Part shown: in pieces, positions 19,419-32,037 of the stretch
Layout of the letters: each line of letters starts with the position of its first letter
How positions within the stretch are numbered: the stretch's first letter is position 1
Assembly (NCBI GenBank): GCA_002633005.1
Contig: NMRA01000150.1
Coordinates: forward strand, 404,357 to 436,393
Reading direction: 5' to 3'
DNA from: Phoronis australis
Lineage: Eukaryota > Animalia > Phoronida
DNA: 32,037 bases
Translations under genes and position numbers: made by a program
Notes under the pieces: generated by a model
Seen by the model: only the letters and a program-made list of their open reading frames with translations
What the model was told of the DNA's origin: nothing
The model's database searches: none

Positions 19419-22400
19419 CTGGAGAGAACAATAACAAAACTGTTAATGAATCAATGACCTGTCGATTGTGTACGGGGTTTCCTTAGCAATAACATCTCAA
19501 TTGATTGTTCCCGATTGTAACAGGTTTGTGTCAAATGTCATGTCTATTTTTTAAGGTAACAATTCTCATTCTGCGGAAGACTGTAATCAGTTTTGATTTA
19601 GACTCCTTATTGCTGTAAAACTGTTTTAAAGTTGATCCTTACTCAGTTGCGAGAGGATTTTTGTCTTCAATTGAAACTTCGTCATTGTTTGCCACCTTGT
19701 TCAAGTCAACTAGGGAAGTACTTGGTCTGAATCAGAAGAGGTTTTGAGACCTAAGGCGACTTCATAGTCACTTTAAGCCATTTAAATCACCTGTTCCAGC
19801 GAAGTCAGTTATGAAAAGAAATCACAATTTTGTTGTTGTTTCGTCATTGCAACACCGTCTAAAACGAATTTCATAGCGCAGTGTGGTAAGCGATGATTTT
19901 CACCCATAGTTAAGTTAAGCATGCCAGGCTTCTTGGGAAATGTGTTTGACTTGCATGGTGAGCCTAGTACATACCTGCGTGGTCCATTGATATCAGAAAC
20001 ACCCAATAACAGACGGTTATCACAATGCAGGTATTGCAGGACACGGTGAAGAAAAACCATTGTATACTGAGGTATATCGGCATGGATTTATCTGCGGGAA
20101 AATTACTGAAAATTACACCTTGCCACAGTAAAAGAATGTCTCCCACATAACAGATGCAGGCAAGAGATCTGGTCATTAAGTGCAATGAAGCCCCTTTCTG
20201 ACTCCAGATTTTGACAATTTGCCCTCCATATCAGCTTTATGGGCAAACGCGGAATTAAAAGTGTAAATAGACTCAATAACGAACCGAATTGCGCAATCCT
20301 TGCTGTCCTCTCGCTAATGAATTTGACGGTGATAGACCTATGCAAGTTTAAGTGCTGAAATACATCTTGTCAAATAAACAGATAAATAAACAACAAACAA
20401 ATTCCTATCGTAACGTGAATGTGTTCACAGTGTCCTTATTGTTGAGTAATCCCGCTTTCTCATTACTGGCAAAAACACTAAACGGTCTCGAGAAATGCTC
20501 AGTTCTGCTACAGTCTCAGTGGCACTCCAAGTGCTCGTGTGCAATGCTTATCGATGTACGCGCAACATTTTACCATTCATGCACAGAGGCCAGAAAAAAA
20601 ATCTCACCTTCGCGTGATTTCCATAGGTAGACTGGTGCACATATGGCCTCGATAATTGTTGTAACTGTTAGGAATGTGAATACCCAGTTGGTAGCAAAAA
20701 TGAACCATAGACTCGGATCACCTTCGTAAAATTCGTTCGTTTCCGTGACGTAATCGGCTACAACCCACCCAATGAACGTTAGTGCGATGACGAGTCGGTA
20801 GATGACGTAATAGGGCTCTCGAATCTTTGACCACTGTAAAGAGAATACTGACTGACATGAAAATTGAATAACCCTTCTTTAGTCAATATGATACTAGATT
20901 GAATACCAAGTAATCGCTTTATTAAAGTTGTATAAGCGGGCCAAAAAGCAATAACGCGAATTGTGTTATATCGGACTGAAAACCACTTTTTCAGAGCCTA
21001 TTCATGAAAAAAACGATTTGCTTACATATGTTTAGTTGATTTCAGAAAACTAGGCCTACCTGGTCCTTGTTACAATTATAATCACAATAGATACAAACAG
21101 GTGAAGTACTGTCAATTATGTGACCTATGTTTAAATGCACAAATTTATAAAAATGACCAATTTGAAGACATTTTCAAGAATTTATCATTAGTAGGAGGGT
21201 TGTATAGCTCTACAGGAAGAAATCTGATCCTCAAGCCATCTTAGTAAGGGACATTCTATACATAAGTGGTATTCATTTTCAATATACAGAATGTACACAA
21301 CCTCCCAGTCAAACCTTGGCACGTTGCCATGACTACCTTTTTCAATGTACAAGTTATGCGCCGAGCATCTCAGTCTGATCAGATTTGTGTTCTAATTGCG
21401 ACACTATCCATCATATCTAAGTAATCATCGTAGTATATTTGTGATTTAATTTTCCTACTCGTTTCCATCAAGTCTTGACAATATCACCTCTATTAAAACA
21501 ATAACGTTTGTTTTGGACGAATTTGCCATCAATTTCCACTTTTGAGAAGTGGTGGAGAATATCTAACTTCTATTGGAGGTCTTTTACTGAGTACCAGACA
21601 AGTACATCAGCATAGGAGGAGTATAAGTGAGACAGGTCCAACAGTGATGCCTGCCATGTTATCATGTCCAACAGTAATGCCTGCCATGTCATCATGTCCA
21701 ACGGTAATGCCTGCCATGTCATCATGTCCAACGGTAATGCCTGCCATGTCATCATGTCCAACAGTAATGCCTGCGATGTCATCATGTCCAACGGTAACGC
21801 CTGCCATGTCATCATGTCCAACGGTAATGCCTGCCATGTCATCATGTCCAACGGTAATGCCTGCCATGTCATGTCCAACAGCAATGTCTGCCATGTCATT
21901 ATGTCCAACAGTAATACCTGTGATGTTATTATCTCTCATTTCCCGTCGTGGCGATAACTGTGCCCCTTGTTTCAAGCCGTTTTGACAAGGAAAATTCAGA
22001 GTAACCACCTTTGCACATTCTTATCACGTGCTTTAACTTCCTTTCATCGATTTTAGTATTCGTAACATTTCCCTTCAACAGAATTACTTTTTAAATTGAA
22101 AAGTAATGCGTTTCTATACATACTGTCGAACACAGCTTTGAAATCCACAAATGCGCAATAAGATACACCCTTCTTTCTGGTCAGATACCTTGTAATTAAA
22201 ATGTGGCAGTACTGCAATTATACTGTGGCTATCAGTGCTGTAATTATAACGTGGCTATCAGTGCTGTACTTATAATGTGGCTAACAGTACTTCCTGCACC
22301 ATGCTTATTTTACCATTGTTATCGGACCAATTTTGCAACTGCTTGCAGAGGACTTTTTCATAAATTTTCGCAACAACTTGCGTCAGGGAAATACCTCTGT

Positions 22401-25400
22401 GAAGTTTCCTGGCATTTTTGCACCTCCTTTAAAGACTGGAACAATAATTGATTTCTTCCATTCCGTAGGAAACTCACCAGACATGAAAATGTGTGCAAGG
22501 AATGTACAAGACCGTAATAAGAGCATTTGTAAAATTCAATTCCGTCTAGGCTAGGCGATGCACCATCTTTCGTGCTATTTATCCTTATCTTTTCTGTCGT
22601 ATTCCATCGTCCAAAATCTCGTTTTCTGCGTTAGCAACTAGTCTATGCAAGCTTGCGATACTATTCACTAAGTTGTGAAAATCTATGTAGTCTTCACTGT
22701 TATCATATTGGTGACCAGAAATAGAGTTAAATGAAGTCGTCTTCTTGTTTGATATTGGAAGACACAAGTCGTTTTTTGTTTTAAACACATCCCATAATTT
22801 TTTTTAAAGTCTGTGTCATTAACAATCTTTCTCAAATTATTATAATTTTTCTGAAACTAATTTTTTTCAATTTTACATAGTTTATTCACAAACATCTTGG
22901 TCTTGAAATTTCTGAAAGCAGCATCGGAGCTCGTGGCTGGTTATTACGTAATCGATTATAGGTCAATGACACATGAACTTCAAGAAGTTAACTCGAAATT
23001 CATTTCTTGGTCGTAAACACGATTTTTAAAATATTGAATTATGAAGTGCTTTTTTTACACCGTGACCCAGTCAAGAGTCTAGGTAGGTCGTTTGCTGGAT
23101 AAGTAATTTTTGCAGCGCAGAGAGCGGAGAATTTGAAATTAATCAACAATGACATAACATTCAACTAACTGGGTTGGCTTAATTGTTTCGGCGACATCAC
23201 GTTCAACTAAGTGCATGGGTTGGCTTGTTTCACGTAATTGTATTGGGGATAATTCTAGGATTTCCGTCGGCCGGGAACCACAATACGAACAGCGTTCTGC
23301 AAATATCACTGATTCACGATGAATCTCGATAGGGGAATCTATCAGTTCCAAAACACAGACACATTTCGCTAAAACATTAAAAGGGGCGTCGCAACGCCTT
23401 TCTAGTCGTGCCTTGCTGGTATCCTGGTTGTGTTCACACTAAATCGCCCCACTGCAAATGCAATGATACTGAAATAGCACAATTGTTTATTGAATAGCAC
23501 ACCAGACAAACGTGCTTTCAATAGATGACCATTCAACAACATATTTCTGATGAAGGGCGAAGTCTATCATGCAGCCCACAAGCTGAGGAGTACTCAATCC
23601 CATAGACTAAGTGGAAAATGGGAAGTTCCGCTCACTCGGTTGAGTTTTCACAAGCTTCCCACGAAATTCCCTCCAAAAGCCAGGTGCCTTTGCCAATCGG
23701 ATAAAATTTACAAAAGAGTCACTTTCGGAGATCGAAACTCAACAAGAAATTAATCAGTGGCGGATTTAAGGGGGCCATGCCTCCTCCCTAAAATTCTTCC
23801 CATTTGGCAGTTCGAGTTGCGAATTCCTGAAGGGCAAAGTCCTGGCGAATACTCTGCACTAACCCCTCCCCCCCAACTCAAAATCCTGGATCCCCCTGCG
23901 GTTTCACAACTAACGCAAGAGGACTAAAAAATTAACTGTGGTGATAATAAGAAATTTAGCGCTGCGTGTGGATAATTTAACTCTTTTATAGTTATTAAAA
24001 GCTTTGTGTAGAATAAGACTAGAATTGTTTTCGCCGCACCAAGCCGTTTACTCCCGGTAGTAACATTGCTGAAAGTTACAAAGAAAGTGAATTCTGGTGC
24101 GAAAAATTATTTAACGCGGTAGCAGCTTCATTTATTGTGGGAGCAAATTTACTAAAATGCGGTGTCGAGAAAGGAATCCTGTTCTATGGCAGTAAACAGT
24201 GACTTGTTGGCGACAGGTTGTCATCGAGAGCTTTACCGAAGTATGATATTTCTAATCTACTAGAGCATCGCGTATGATCTGCCTTCTACAATCAATCAAA
24301 ACATTGTCTTAAACTGCTGTTTCAAATCGTAATCAAATGTTTTCAAAATAAACAACAAAAGTATATAATTTTCGAAATAATCTTAAATTCTGGCGGTGAT
24401 CAACAAAATGGCCGATACCGTTGAGCGGCAAGCGCAATGAATTTCGTTTTTTGTGAAACGCAAATACATCCGACATTAAAATTTACGAAACGTGGTGGAT
24501 TGTGTTTGATGAAACTCTACCTGAAGTAAAAACTGGTAAAAATAAAAGACATGTTTCCTTAACAGGTCGATTTTCTTGTTGGTATTGGAAAAGGAATCTT
24601 ATAAGATCGGTTTCATTGAAATAAAGGGGTTTAAATTCGATTTTCGAGCTGAACGGGGGGACATGCTAAACAGGATGACATGCTGTTTGGTTTGGGAAGT
24701 TAAACGGGGTGACATACTGGTTGATTTAGGCAGCGATAAACGGAGGCGGGACATGCTAAACGGAGTGACATGTTACTTGGTTTTGTCCAAACTTGAATAA
24801 ACGTGTGCGCCAAAGCCTGGACACAGCCGCAAGGGCCTACTTTCGAACGGTAAAGCCTCGTGCAGGTTTCTTGTGTCGAGTCTGATGTAACCTGCTCGTG
24901 GGCTTGCTGAAGTCGGATGAGATTACGAGTCTCACCGGCTGGAGACAGAACACGAGTTGTGAGCCGACATTCAACTATCAACTATCGTACAATGAATTAA
25001 ATGATTACTCACTTAGCTTCAGACACTTGTAGGCATGGCAACAAAACGGCAGAAAATGGGCAAATTCAATTTATTATTGCTGGGAATCGATTCTTCTGTT
25101 ATTAGAAACAAGATCCTTGTTAGTTACGGACACGCCATGAGAATAGTATTCATTTCAGGCGAGTATCGATCGAGTTGACATTCGCCGTGGATGTAAGCGT
25201 GTTAGTTTCCAGAAATTCCCCCATGATAAGCTGACATACAATGTACCCGTAATGGACATATCGACGACTATGTTACTTGATCACGGGAAAGACACACTGT
25301 CCGAAGGACACGCTTCATGCAAAGAAGGTCGCTGGAGGGAAGTGTCCTTAAATTACGGGCGCAAACTATGATTGCTCCTTGAGGAGAGCGCTCGTAAATT

Positions 25401-28316
25401 GCGATCGTGAGAAACTTTTCATGGGCGCACCCAGGAGGGGCTCCGGGGCTCGAACGCGCCCCCCAATTTGGCGAATTGGGCAAAAAGGCCCGCTTCAGTG
25501 AAAAAAAAGTCCGCATAAACTAGACAGAAGTCCACGCGGATGCACAATTCGTGGGCTTTAACCTAGTGGCTGCGTTTTTGTTTTTTTTTTAGTTCTCGTT
25601 GATTTCTTTCAGTAAAAGGTCCTCATACCGAAAGATTCGAGCCCCCTATATTTTAGGTTGGGTGTGCGCATGCTTTTCACGCCCGTGTTTTCAGTACGAG
25701 CATGATCATTAGATGAAGAGTTCTGCGTTAGTAATTAATATTTGTTGTTTACGCCCGTAGTCACGCCCGTGAATGATGAACGTTAAAAGACGACGTGTGA
25801 AAATAGAACGTCGATGACGAATAATTGATACATTATGCTAGTTAAAACTATACCCCGTTCAAAGGCTGGCTAAAACGCTAGCATTTTCTCTGTTGCTACT
25901 ATAACAAACACGCCAATGACATGAACAGCTGGGAGGGTCGCTTTTATAGGCGCTTTGATGGTGGTTACTGTTATCCCAAAGTTGCTGGCATTTTCCGACG
26001 GTAGCACCATTATAGTCGCATCGCTTACTTCAAAGGCCACACACGCCTGGGCAGGGAAAAGAGATATTTGTTTAATCAATTTTTGTCAGAAAGTGAGCGC
26101 ATGGTGATGAGGAAACAGCAAACACTGACATTCGTAACCATTCACAATTTGTGAGGTTGAGGGTGAACGGAGTATGTAGTGTGAGTGTAGTGTGAACGGA
26201 GTATGTAGTGTGAGTGTAGTGTGAACGGAGTATGTAGTGTGAGTGTAGTGTAAACGGAGTATGTAGTGTGAATAAAGGGTCAACAGTCGCCTTAGGGTGT
26301 CTTTTTGATTGAAAACACGTCTTGCTATCTGCATATGTGGCACGTGGGCATTTCTGAAATAAGCTACACATATGAACTCTTAACACAGAATCCTCGTTCG
26401 GTTTCGTCCTCTTCGTCGTCCAAGTGTTTATTATAACTGTTGCCTCTTTGTGGATTATGAAATAATTTCCGGTTTCGACGTCCGCAAAATTACGTTAGTA
26501 GACTACTGTCGTAATTCACGCTCGTACGCACGGAAAGTAAGCTCGACTGTTCACCTGACTCATAAACAGGGCTCCGCACTCATAAATAAATCATATCGTT
26601 ATAACCACTACTATCATTGTTACCTCATCGTTGACATCATCACCACCATCACTAACATCATCATCATTATAACCGTCATCGTCTGGCAGGTAAATCTTAC
26701 CTCAACACCTGCCCTGTTGCTATATAGTAATTTTTATTTGGCTATGTCATCGTCACATTTCCATGAATCCTCCTTCAGAGAAAGAGTGCTTTCTTCATAT
26801 AGCCAAATGCATGCGTACTTGTCACGAAGTTACCTAAATTTCCCCAGTCGCCTCGGAGTGTGGACAAGCTATAATTTTCTGCGAATGACTTCTTGTGTAC
26901 AGATAAGTCAGATGGAAATCTACAACAATATGTTGTTGAATATCCACAAGACGTTTTCTGTTTGTATGTTTTTTAAGCGATAATTTCACGTTTATTGTGT
27001 TTCGATGTTGCATTGAATAATGTAGCTTTGTGCCTAGTAGTCGCTTCTATGATACACCAATCCAGAGGGAAATAACGTAAAATTAGAATATCGATCGGCT
27101 TTTAGACCGAGCGGTTTAATACTAATAAATGTAGGATTAAAAAATGCATCAGTTTCCCCTGATTTAGAGTCATTTAGAAACTTTCATTACTTCAATCAAT
27201 GCGATCAGTGTAATCTAGAACAATAGATTTCGTTTATTTTAGGCGTATTAGCTAAACAGAATTACACGAACATATTTTCGTATATTCAGTTAGTATGAAT
27301 AAAATGGAGATGGTCTCTGGTGTTATTCTGTAGCGCAATGTTCAATATAAAATACACTCCATAACATAATGTTATATGAGTGAATCGCTAAGTTACTTGG
27401 TTCCTTCGTGACAACAGGTTCCACCTATTTTAGTTAGTGACTGCTGGCGACAACTGGCTGCACTCATTTTCCGGGTGTCCAGCCTATTGCCTAAATGCTT
27501 GAAGTGCGCGGCGGCACATTCGGTCTTACCCTAGCTCTGAGATGTGAACCCAGGCGAAATGTCAGTGTTATCCAATGTGTAGATCGCTCAGTAAGTCTTT
27601 TTGACATCACTGTTGTGTCCATAAATCGTACGAAGCATGTATTGCACAGGCTTTCTATCTCTATTACATCATACACATAGGACTGTTAGCAACAGCTAAC
27701 ACCTGGCTCCGCCATCGCTGTGGGTACAGACATGGTGTGATACAATACAAGTATCTAGTAAGTAAGCCTTACTGGAGTCAGAATTCACAGTGTTAAAAAA
27801 TTAATATTTCATGATGTATCGCAGAGTCGACGAAATGTGAACGGGGTTCACTTGAACAATAGTGATTTCCCTGATGACCGTCTGAAGTGAAATATCATAA
27901 GTTAATTCTAGGACTTTGAAAAGCAAAAGGGAGCCTGAGTCTAAACATTATAGTAACGCAACCACGTCCGGCATAACCCACGTCCCCCATAAAGTGTGAA
28001 GCATAGTTAGCACCTATAGTAAAAATGTACGAAATGTTAATATCTTTTGTCGAATTCCTGCTGACGAATCTTAAAACATGGAGCAAAATTTATCAATTTT
28101 ACTCGTTCCGTGAAAAGTGTATTTCAAATGATGGACTAAAGAAAGCATAAGGCAGGTCTAATGGTTCTTGCCTCCATAGTTATGACTCAGCGTTGTCTCA
28201 TTTGTTTCACGTACCTGCGATTTGACGAACAGCGATGGGTCTGGATGCGTTAACGTCAGATGAGATGGCTGAAATTCGTTGACAGTACATCCGTAAATAT
28301 CAAGACAGCGAGGCAT
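18982..28316 (-). CDS. Protein rolling stone-like (FAR-17a/AIG1-like multi-pass membrane protein), 4 exons, 293 aa
   Basis: Exons 28316-28215, 20833-20608, 20091-19975, 19418-18982 total 882 nt, all GT-AG and phase-consistent. Motifs: L.HPDPSLFVKSQW, YR...WFIFATNW, W...VITVCYW, H...PIRFLH...Y..F...YSY.ILKW..P. Confidence 0.9.
19975..20091 (-). CDS. rolling stone-like exon 3 (DKSMPIYLSIQWFFFTVSCNTCIVITVCYWVFLISMDHA)
   Basis: Acceptor ttttcccgcAG, donor G|GTatgt; phase 1 to 1; vT..YW family motif. Confidence 0.9.
20608..20833 (-). CDS. rolling stone-like exon 2 (WSKIREPYYVIYRLVIALTFIGW...WFIFATNWVFTF...WKSRE)
   Basis: Acceptor ctctttacAG, donor G|GTgaga; phase 0 to 1; two hydrophobic helices; not listed in the ORF track. 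Confidence 0.9.
21350..22900 (-). mobile_element. Decayed LINE reverse transcriptase fragment in rolling stone-like intron 1, interrupted by minisatellites
   Basis: Minus-strand remnants in RT order: SPSLDGI, FPTEWKKSIIVPVFKGG, RGISLTQVVAKIYEKVL, YCAFVDFKAVFDS, GLKQGAQLSP, YADVLV...DLQ, KWKLMANSSKTNVIVF; many stops and frameshifts; ends approximate. Confidence 0.88.
21636..21925. repeat. 30-nt minisatellite (TGTCCAACGGTAATGCCTGCCATGTCATCA), about 9-10 copies, inside the LINE fragment
   Basis: Two units per 60-nt line; explains four overlapping repetitive ORFs. Confidence 0.95.
23050..23406 (+). mobile_element. Putative non-autonomous Helitron/Helentron-like element
   Basis: 3' hairpin GGCGT-cgca-ACGCC (23385-23398) followed by CTAG-T (23402-23406); T-run at the presumed 5' end; left boundary uncertain. 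Confidence 0.45.
23755..23898. mobile_element. Short MITE-like remnant (CAGTGGCGGAT...ATCCCCCTG)
   Basis: Imperfect terminal inverted repeat; a similar AAATCCT(G/A)GAT...CCCTG end occurs at 71-90; no TSD seen. Confidence 0.4.
25420..25672. mobile_element. GC-rich MITE with 14-bp imperfect TIRs and a 5-bp target-site duplication
   Basis: CATGGGCGCACCCA...TGGGTGTGCGCATG, flanked on both sides by CTTTT (25415-25419 and 25673-25677). Confidence 0.75.
26163..26271. repeat. 29-nt minisatellite (GTGAACGGAGTATGTAGTGTGAGTGTAGT), about 3.7 copies
   Basis: Starts at 26163, 26192, 26221, 26250. Confidence 0.9.
28215..28316 (-). CDS. rolling stone-like exon 1 (MPRCLDIYGCTVNEFQPSHLTLTHPDPSLFVKSQ)
   Basis: ATG at 28316 with an in-frame TAA two codons upstream; donor CAG|GTacgt; phase 0. 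Confidence 0.88.
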
Positions 28317-30229
28317 CTTTTACATTATATAGCACCAAGTTTTCAACATATGACACGACGCTCGTCTGTTAACGCATTTTAAACTGACGCCTGCATATCT
28401 ACCAGCATTTGTGCTCAGCCTGAAGCATATGTTCATGTGATCGACACAAGACGGACACAAATTCAACAAAGCCTCGTTATCGGCTTCGAGTTTTAGGATG
28501 CGTTGCAGTTTACGACAGCGGAGCACAACGTAATCATGTGAGCAGTCTCAGTTACTCTCTCTTACCATTCCACAATGCTTTACTGGATTTGCATTAAAAT
28601 GAGATTTTAACTCTGTTTCCGCTAAAATGCATATCATACTTATGTTAGTCTACGTAATATCTCTAACTGTGGGTGCCTGCACACTCACTGGGGATCGATT
28701 ATATTTACGGAGGCGAAGTGAAACGTGCGTTTGTAGGCGTGTGTGTATTAGTTTGTGAGAGACAGCACACATAATCAATATTGAACACGTTTCACCTTAT
28801 ATCATTTATTTTACATAAACAATAGGCTGCGCATCAACGATTCATAACTAGTCACACAAATGGCATGTTTTCACAAAGATTCGTTAATAATCAAGGCGAC
28901 AGGCGCAATGGAGTGATCACAGCGAAAACTAAACGAGAAGAGTAGTCGAACATTAAGTGGGTTAAAACATAATTTTAAGTCGATAAGCAACACACAGAGA
29001 CTAGTGTTAATGTTTCACGCAGCCCGTCAGTGTTTTTTTCCTGTAGCCTGGTTACACATCGTTTGCTTCCCGGCAGTACTTTGGACTTAATCTTTGCCTA
29101 CAAAGTTGATTTATCAAAAACCAAAGGGCCAAAATAACATTCGGAGGTCAAACAAAAATTCATCGATACGTATTCACCGTCATTCAGTACAATCACCAAC
29201 ACAAGGCTTCAGTCTCGGTGGGATGTACTCAATTATATATGCTCTAATGAAATTGGGATACCTATTTATTAACGGGTCAGCAAGACAACTGAAGACCAAC
29301 TCCTTTACAGAGCCAGTGAGTTGAAAACCCGTCCTTCTAGCTATAGAGTCGACTGGAGTGTGACCCCTAGAACGACTCAAATTACCTATTGTTTAAGAGG
29401 AAAATAGAAAACATATAATTTAAAGAATACTAAACCATGTTTCGATGATTTCAACCAATCATCGTTCTGTCATCTGCTAATACATTATTTACGCCAACCT
29501 TCCAAGTTCCAGGCAGGAATCAACTAAAAACTCATGCTCCCTAAGTCACAGATTGGACATTATGCTCCTTGGTGGGTGTTCTTTTTCTACAATTTTCTAA
29601 AAGCGTAGATCCCGCTTGCACGTTAGCAAATTTTGAAAAGTTTCAAATTTCCCTACAAAATTTTGAGTGTTGTCAGGAATTACAGAGCATTATTTTGTTT
29701 AAGAGAACTGGATGGGAAAGTCTTTTTTATTATTTGTTAATAGGCCAAAACTGGGTTTAGCATCATTAGAGAAGCATCATACACTTCATACCTTTACAAT
29801 TGAATATTTTTAAGTTACTTTATTTTAACTAAACCTGTCTCTTTTAGGTATTCCTATTTTAGTATGTTTAGTTACTCAGACATTTTAAAAAAATCTTAAA
29901 AGAATAATTATTTATTATCATTTATTATTATTATTATTAATTTTATTTGTATGTACGCATCTTTTTATCTTTATTTTCGTATTTTTTATGTTTGTTGTTT
30001 ACTATTTCTATTGCCTGTAATTATAGTTTCTTAATGTCTTTCCTTGATTTGTAAAGTGTCTTTGATTAAATTTAGTTGAATGGCATTTTAAAACTCTTGA
30101 CTACAATAACAATATAAAAATAAGACAAGCCCCGTCTAGAGTCAGCGACATAAAAATATCCTCAGTGTTAGAGAGTCGGTAAGTTGAAACCTATTCTTCC
30201 AGAGAGTCCGGTGTGATAAATCGTGTGAT

Positions 30230-30376
30230 CTTTTAGAGAGCCAGCGAAACAAAGTCTCTCCCTTTTGGAGAACCAGCGAGACAAATTCTCACTCTTTCAG
30301 AGAACCAACGAGACAAATTCTAACTCTTTCAGAGAGCCAGTGAGACAAAATTCTCACTCTTTCAGAGAGCCAGCAA
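30230..30376. repeat. About 32-nt minisatellite (TTTCAGAGAACCAGCGAGACAAATTCTCACTC), 4-5 copies
   Basis: Direct reading; degenerate copies extend left to about 30135. Confidence 0.8.
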
Positions 30377-31279
30377 AAACACTTTTACTGAGTTAGCTGG
30401 ATGAATAGTCACCATTTTACAAAATTGTCAAAAACCAAGCCCACTTGGAGAGTTAGCTCGGTTAGAAGGGATCATTAGCTCCGAGCTTCTGAAAAGTCTC
30501 CATTTTGTAGACTTTTGTCATAGCGTAGAAATGTCAATGCCATCAAAAGGCTTATTTAATGAATTCAGCACTGAACCCTCATACTGTAAGGCAAGAGCCC
30601 GAACACAACAAACTAAAGCAGAAATGATTGGCATTCGATTTTAGGTGTCATTTATAAATTTGGGTTTACTAAGTTATCACGGTTAAAACAGTAAAAGCTA
30701 TTTCCCGTTAGGGGGCACTGAGGTAACAATTAACTAGAAAAAGTCACCAAGTTAATTTATTCAGTACCACACAAAATTTACATGTGTCCAAATAGATAGC
30801 GCACACGACAGAAGAGGACAGTGCTAATTTTGACAACATAGTCGTTATCATGAAAGTTGTTCTGTCGTTCTGTGTATGATCAGATAAAGTCCAGAACCTA
30901 CCTCAGAATATCCAATGTCTATCCGAGTATTGGTCTTTGGAATGTCTTTTGGTGTTTCTTCAGAAACAACGCCGTCACTTGCACTCCGACTTAAATCTGT
31001 AGATGAAATTATCGATTTCACGCTGATATTCCGCCAGGATTGTCTTCTTCAAATGTGTTGCATAAAAATGACCTGTATACACGAAAATAGGATTTGTCGA
31101 AGTTTGGTTAAATCAAGGCGTCTTTGTGAAAAATTCATTCGTGTAAATTTTACGCAGCGAATAAAAGATGGACATAAAGTGGATTATGTAATTTTTGACT
31201 TAAACTTCACAACTAAATTAAGATAAATTCAATTTGGAAAATTAACACAGTGTAAATTTATATCATGCATAGGAAATGC

Positions 31280-32037
31280 CTATGACGCGCTTTCGCTTCG
31301 AGGCTCAAATTTTTCGTTGAGGCAAGCTGACAGAGTTAGTTGATCGGCAGAGTGGGCTAACGGAGTGTTCTTACGGAGCGTGATGACGGAGCGTGCTGAC
31401 GGAGCGCGCTGACTCGGAGCGGGATTAACCTGTTTCCCGGGCCTCACAAGATGACGTCAGGGATAACTTGTGACCAATCTCGTGGGTCTGTGCAGCTCGC
31501 TGGTTCCCTGCGTGCCGCTAGGTGGGGCGGTAGCCGCGCCAGCACGCAGGTATCACTTAAATTTCCTCTGTAAATTTTTTTACACCGGCGTTTCTGATTG
31601 GCTAGTCGATTCGTCAACAGGCAGCGCTTTGCGCAAACAAACTGGCATGGCTGATGGACTGAAGTGTAAATGTGGTCTGTTGTACAGACAAATCGGTGCT
31701 TAAGATTTATGTTCAGGAAATGTGAAGCCTAGAAATTGTGACTGAGCCTTTTCGGAATGCATCTTTCTACTGTCGATGACTTTTGTTTACGATAATGTCC
31801 TTATACACTATGAATAACACACCGGTTAAATCGGCCACATAATGTGTGTTTATTGTGCATGTATGTGTTTCAAGCACGCGGCTATTAAACATCACTGCAG
31901 AAACGAAATAGTTGCTGCGACGCCACTTGCATGACAAGGCTAAAAATCGTTCACAGTCCGCCATTTTTTCAAGGTGTTGTAAAGCTAACCAATGACTGCC
32001 AAGATTACATCGACCAATGCTAAAGCGCGTGCCACTA
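31280..32037. promoter_or_regulatory. CpG-enriched promoter-like region
   Basis: Full CRE TGACGTCA at 31452-31459; CCAAT/ATTGG boxes near 31475, 31597, 31989 and 32014; GC box GGGGCGG near 31525; YY1-like CCGCCATTTT near 31959; 13-nt ACGGAGCGTGCTG repeats at 31360-31420. Confidence 0.4.

Noticed and set aside
21542-22008. Four overlapping repetitive ORFs of 97-147 aa
   Set aside because: A stop-poor 30-nt repeat within a LINE remnant produces them.
26450-26983. 177-aa + strand ORF nested in the rolling stone-like intron
   Set aside because: It has a non-ATG start, includes a degenerate (ATC)n tract and has no recognisable domain.
27400-27700. Possible SINE body
   Set aside because: There is only a vague resemblance, with no A/B boxes, tail or TSD identified.
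31767-31964. 65-aa - strand ORF starting AAAATGGCGG
   Set aside because: The start context is good but there is no domain, no clear donor site and no phase link to the downstream gene; the motif is equally a YY1-like site.

Overview
This is AT-rich, intron-rich eukaryotic genomic DNA, probably from an invertebrate animal (inferred from gene content and repeat style). It is not prokaryotic and has no CRISPR array or operon. Two convergent multi-exon genes can be spliced by hand with consistent GT-AG sites and intron phases. (1) RAD18 E3 ubiquitin ligase on the + strand (about 4166-17524) has a C3HC4 RING, UBZ4 zinc finger, SAP, Rad6-binding region, a long low-complexity tail and a C-terminal bipartite NLS. 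Its first exon was not identified, and one SAP exon is cut by an assembly gap (N at 11767). (2) A complete 4-exon, 293-aa rolling stone-like (FAR-17a/AIG1-like) membrane protein gene lies on the - strand (28316-18982). Introns hold two decayed LINE reverse-transcriptase fragments, MITE/foldback-like and Helitron/Helentron-like elements, two tRNA-derived heads and many minisatellites. A 1.4-kb duplication across the N at 7423 is most likely an uncollapsed haplotype. The most unusual pattern is that several RAD18 exon boundaries sit in local tandem duplications that create decoy or in-frame alternative splice sites. RAD18 also carries SIM-like and PIP-like motifs. I found no convincing wholly new biological system.
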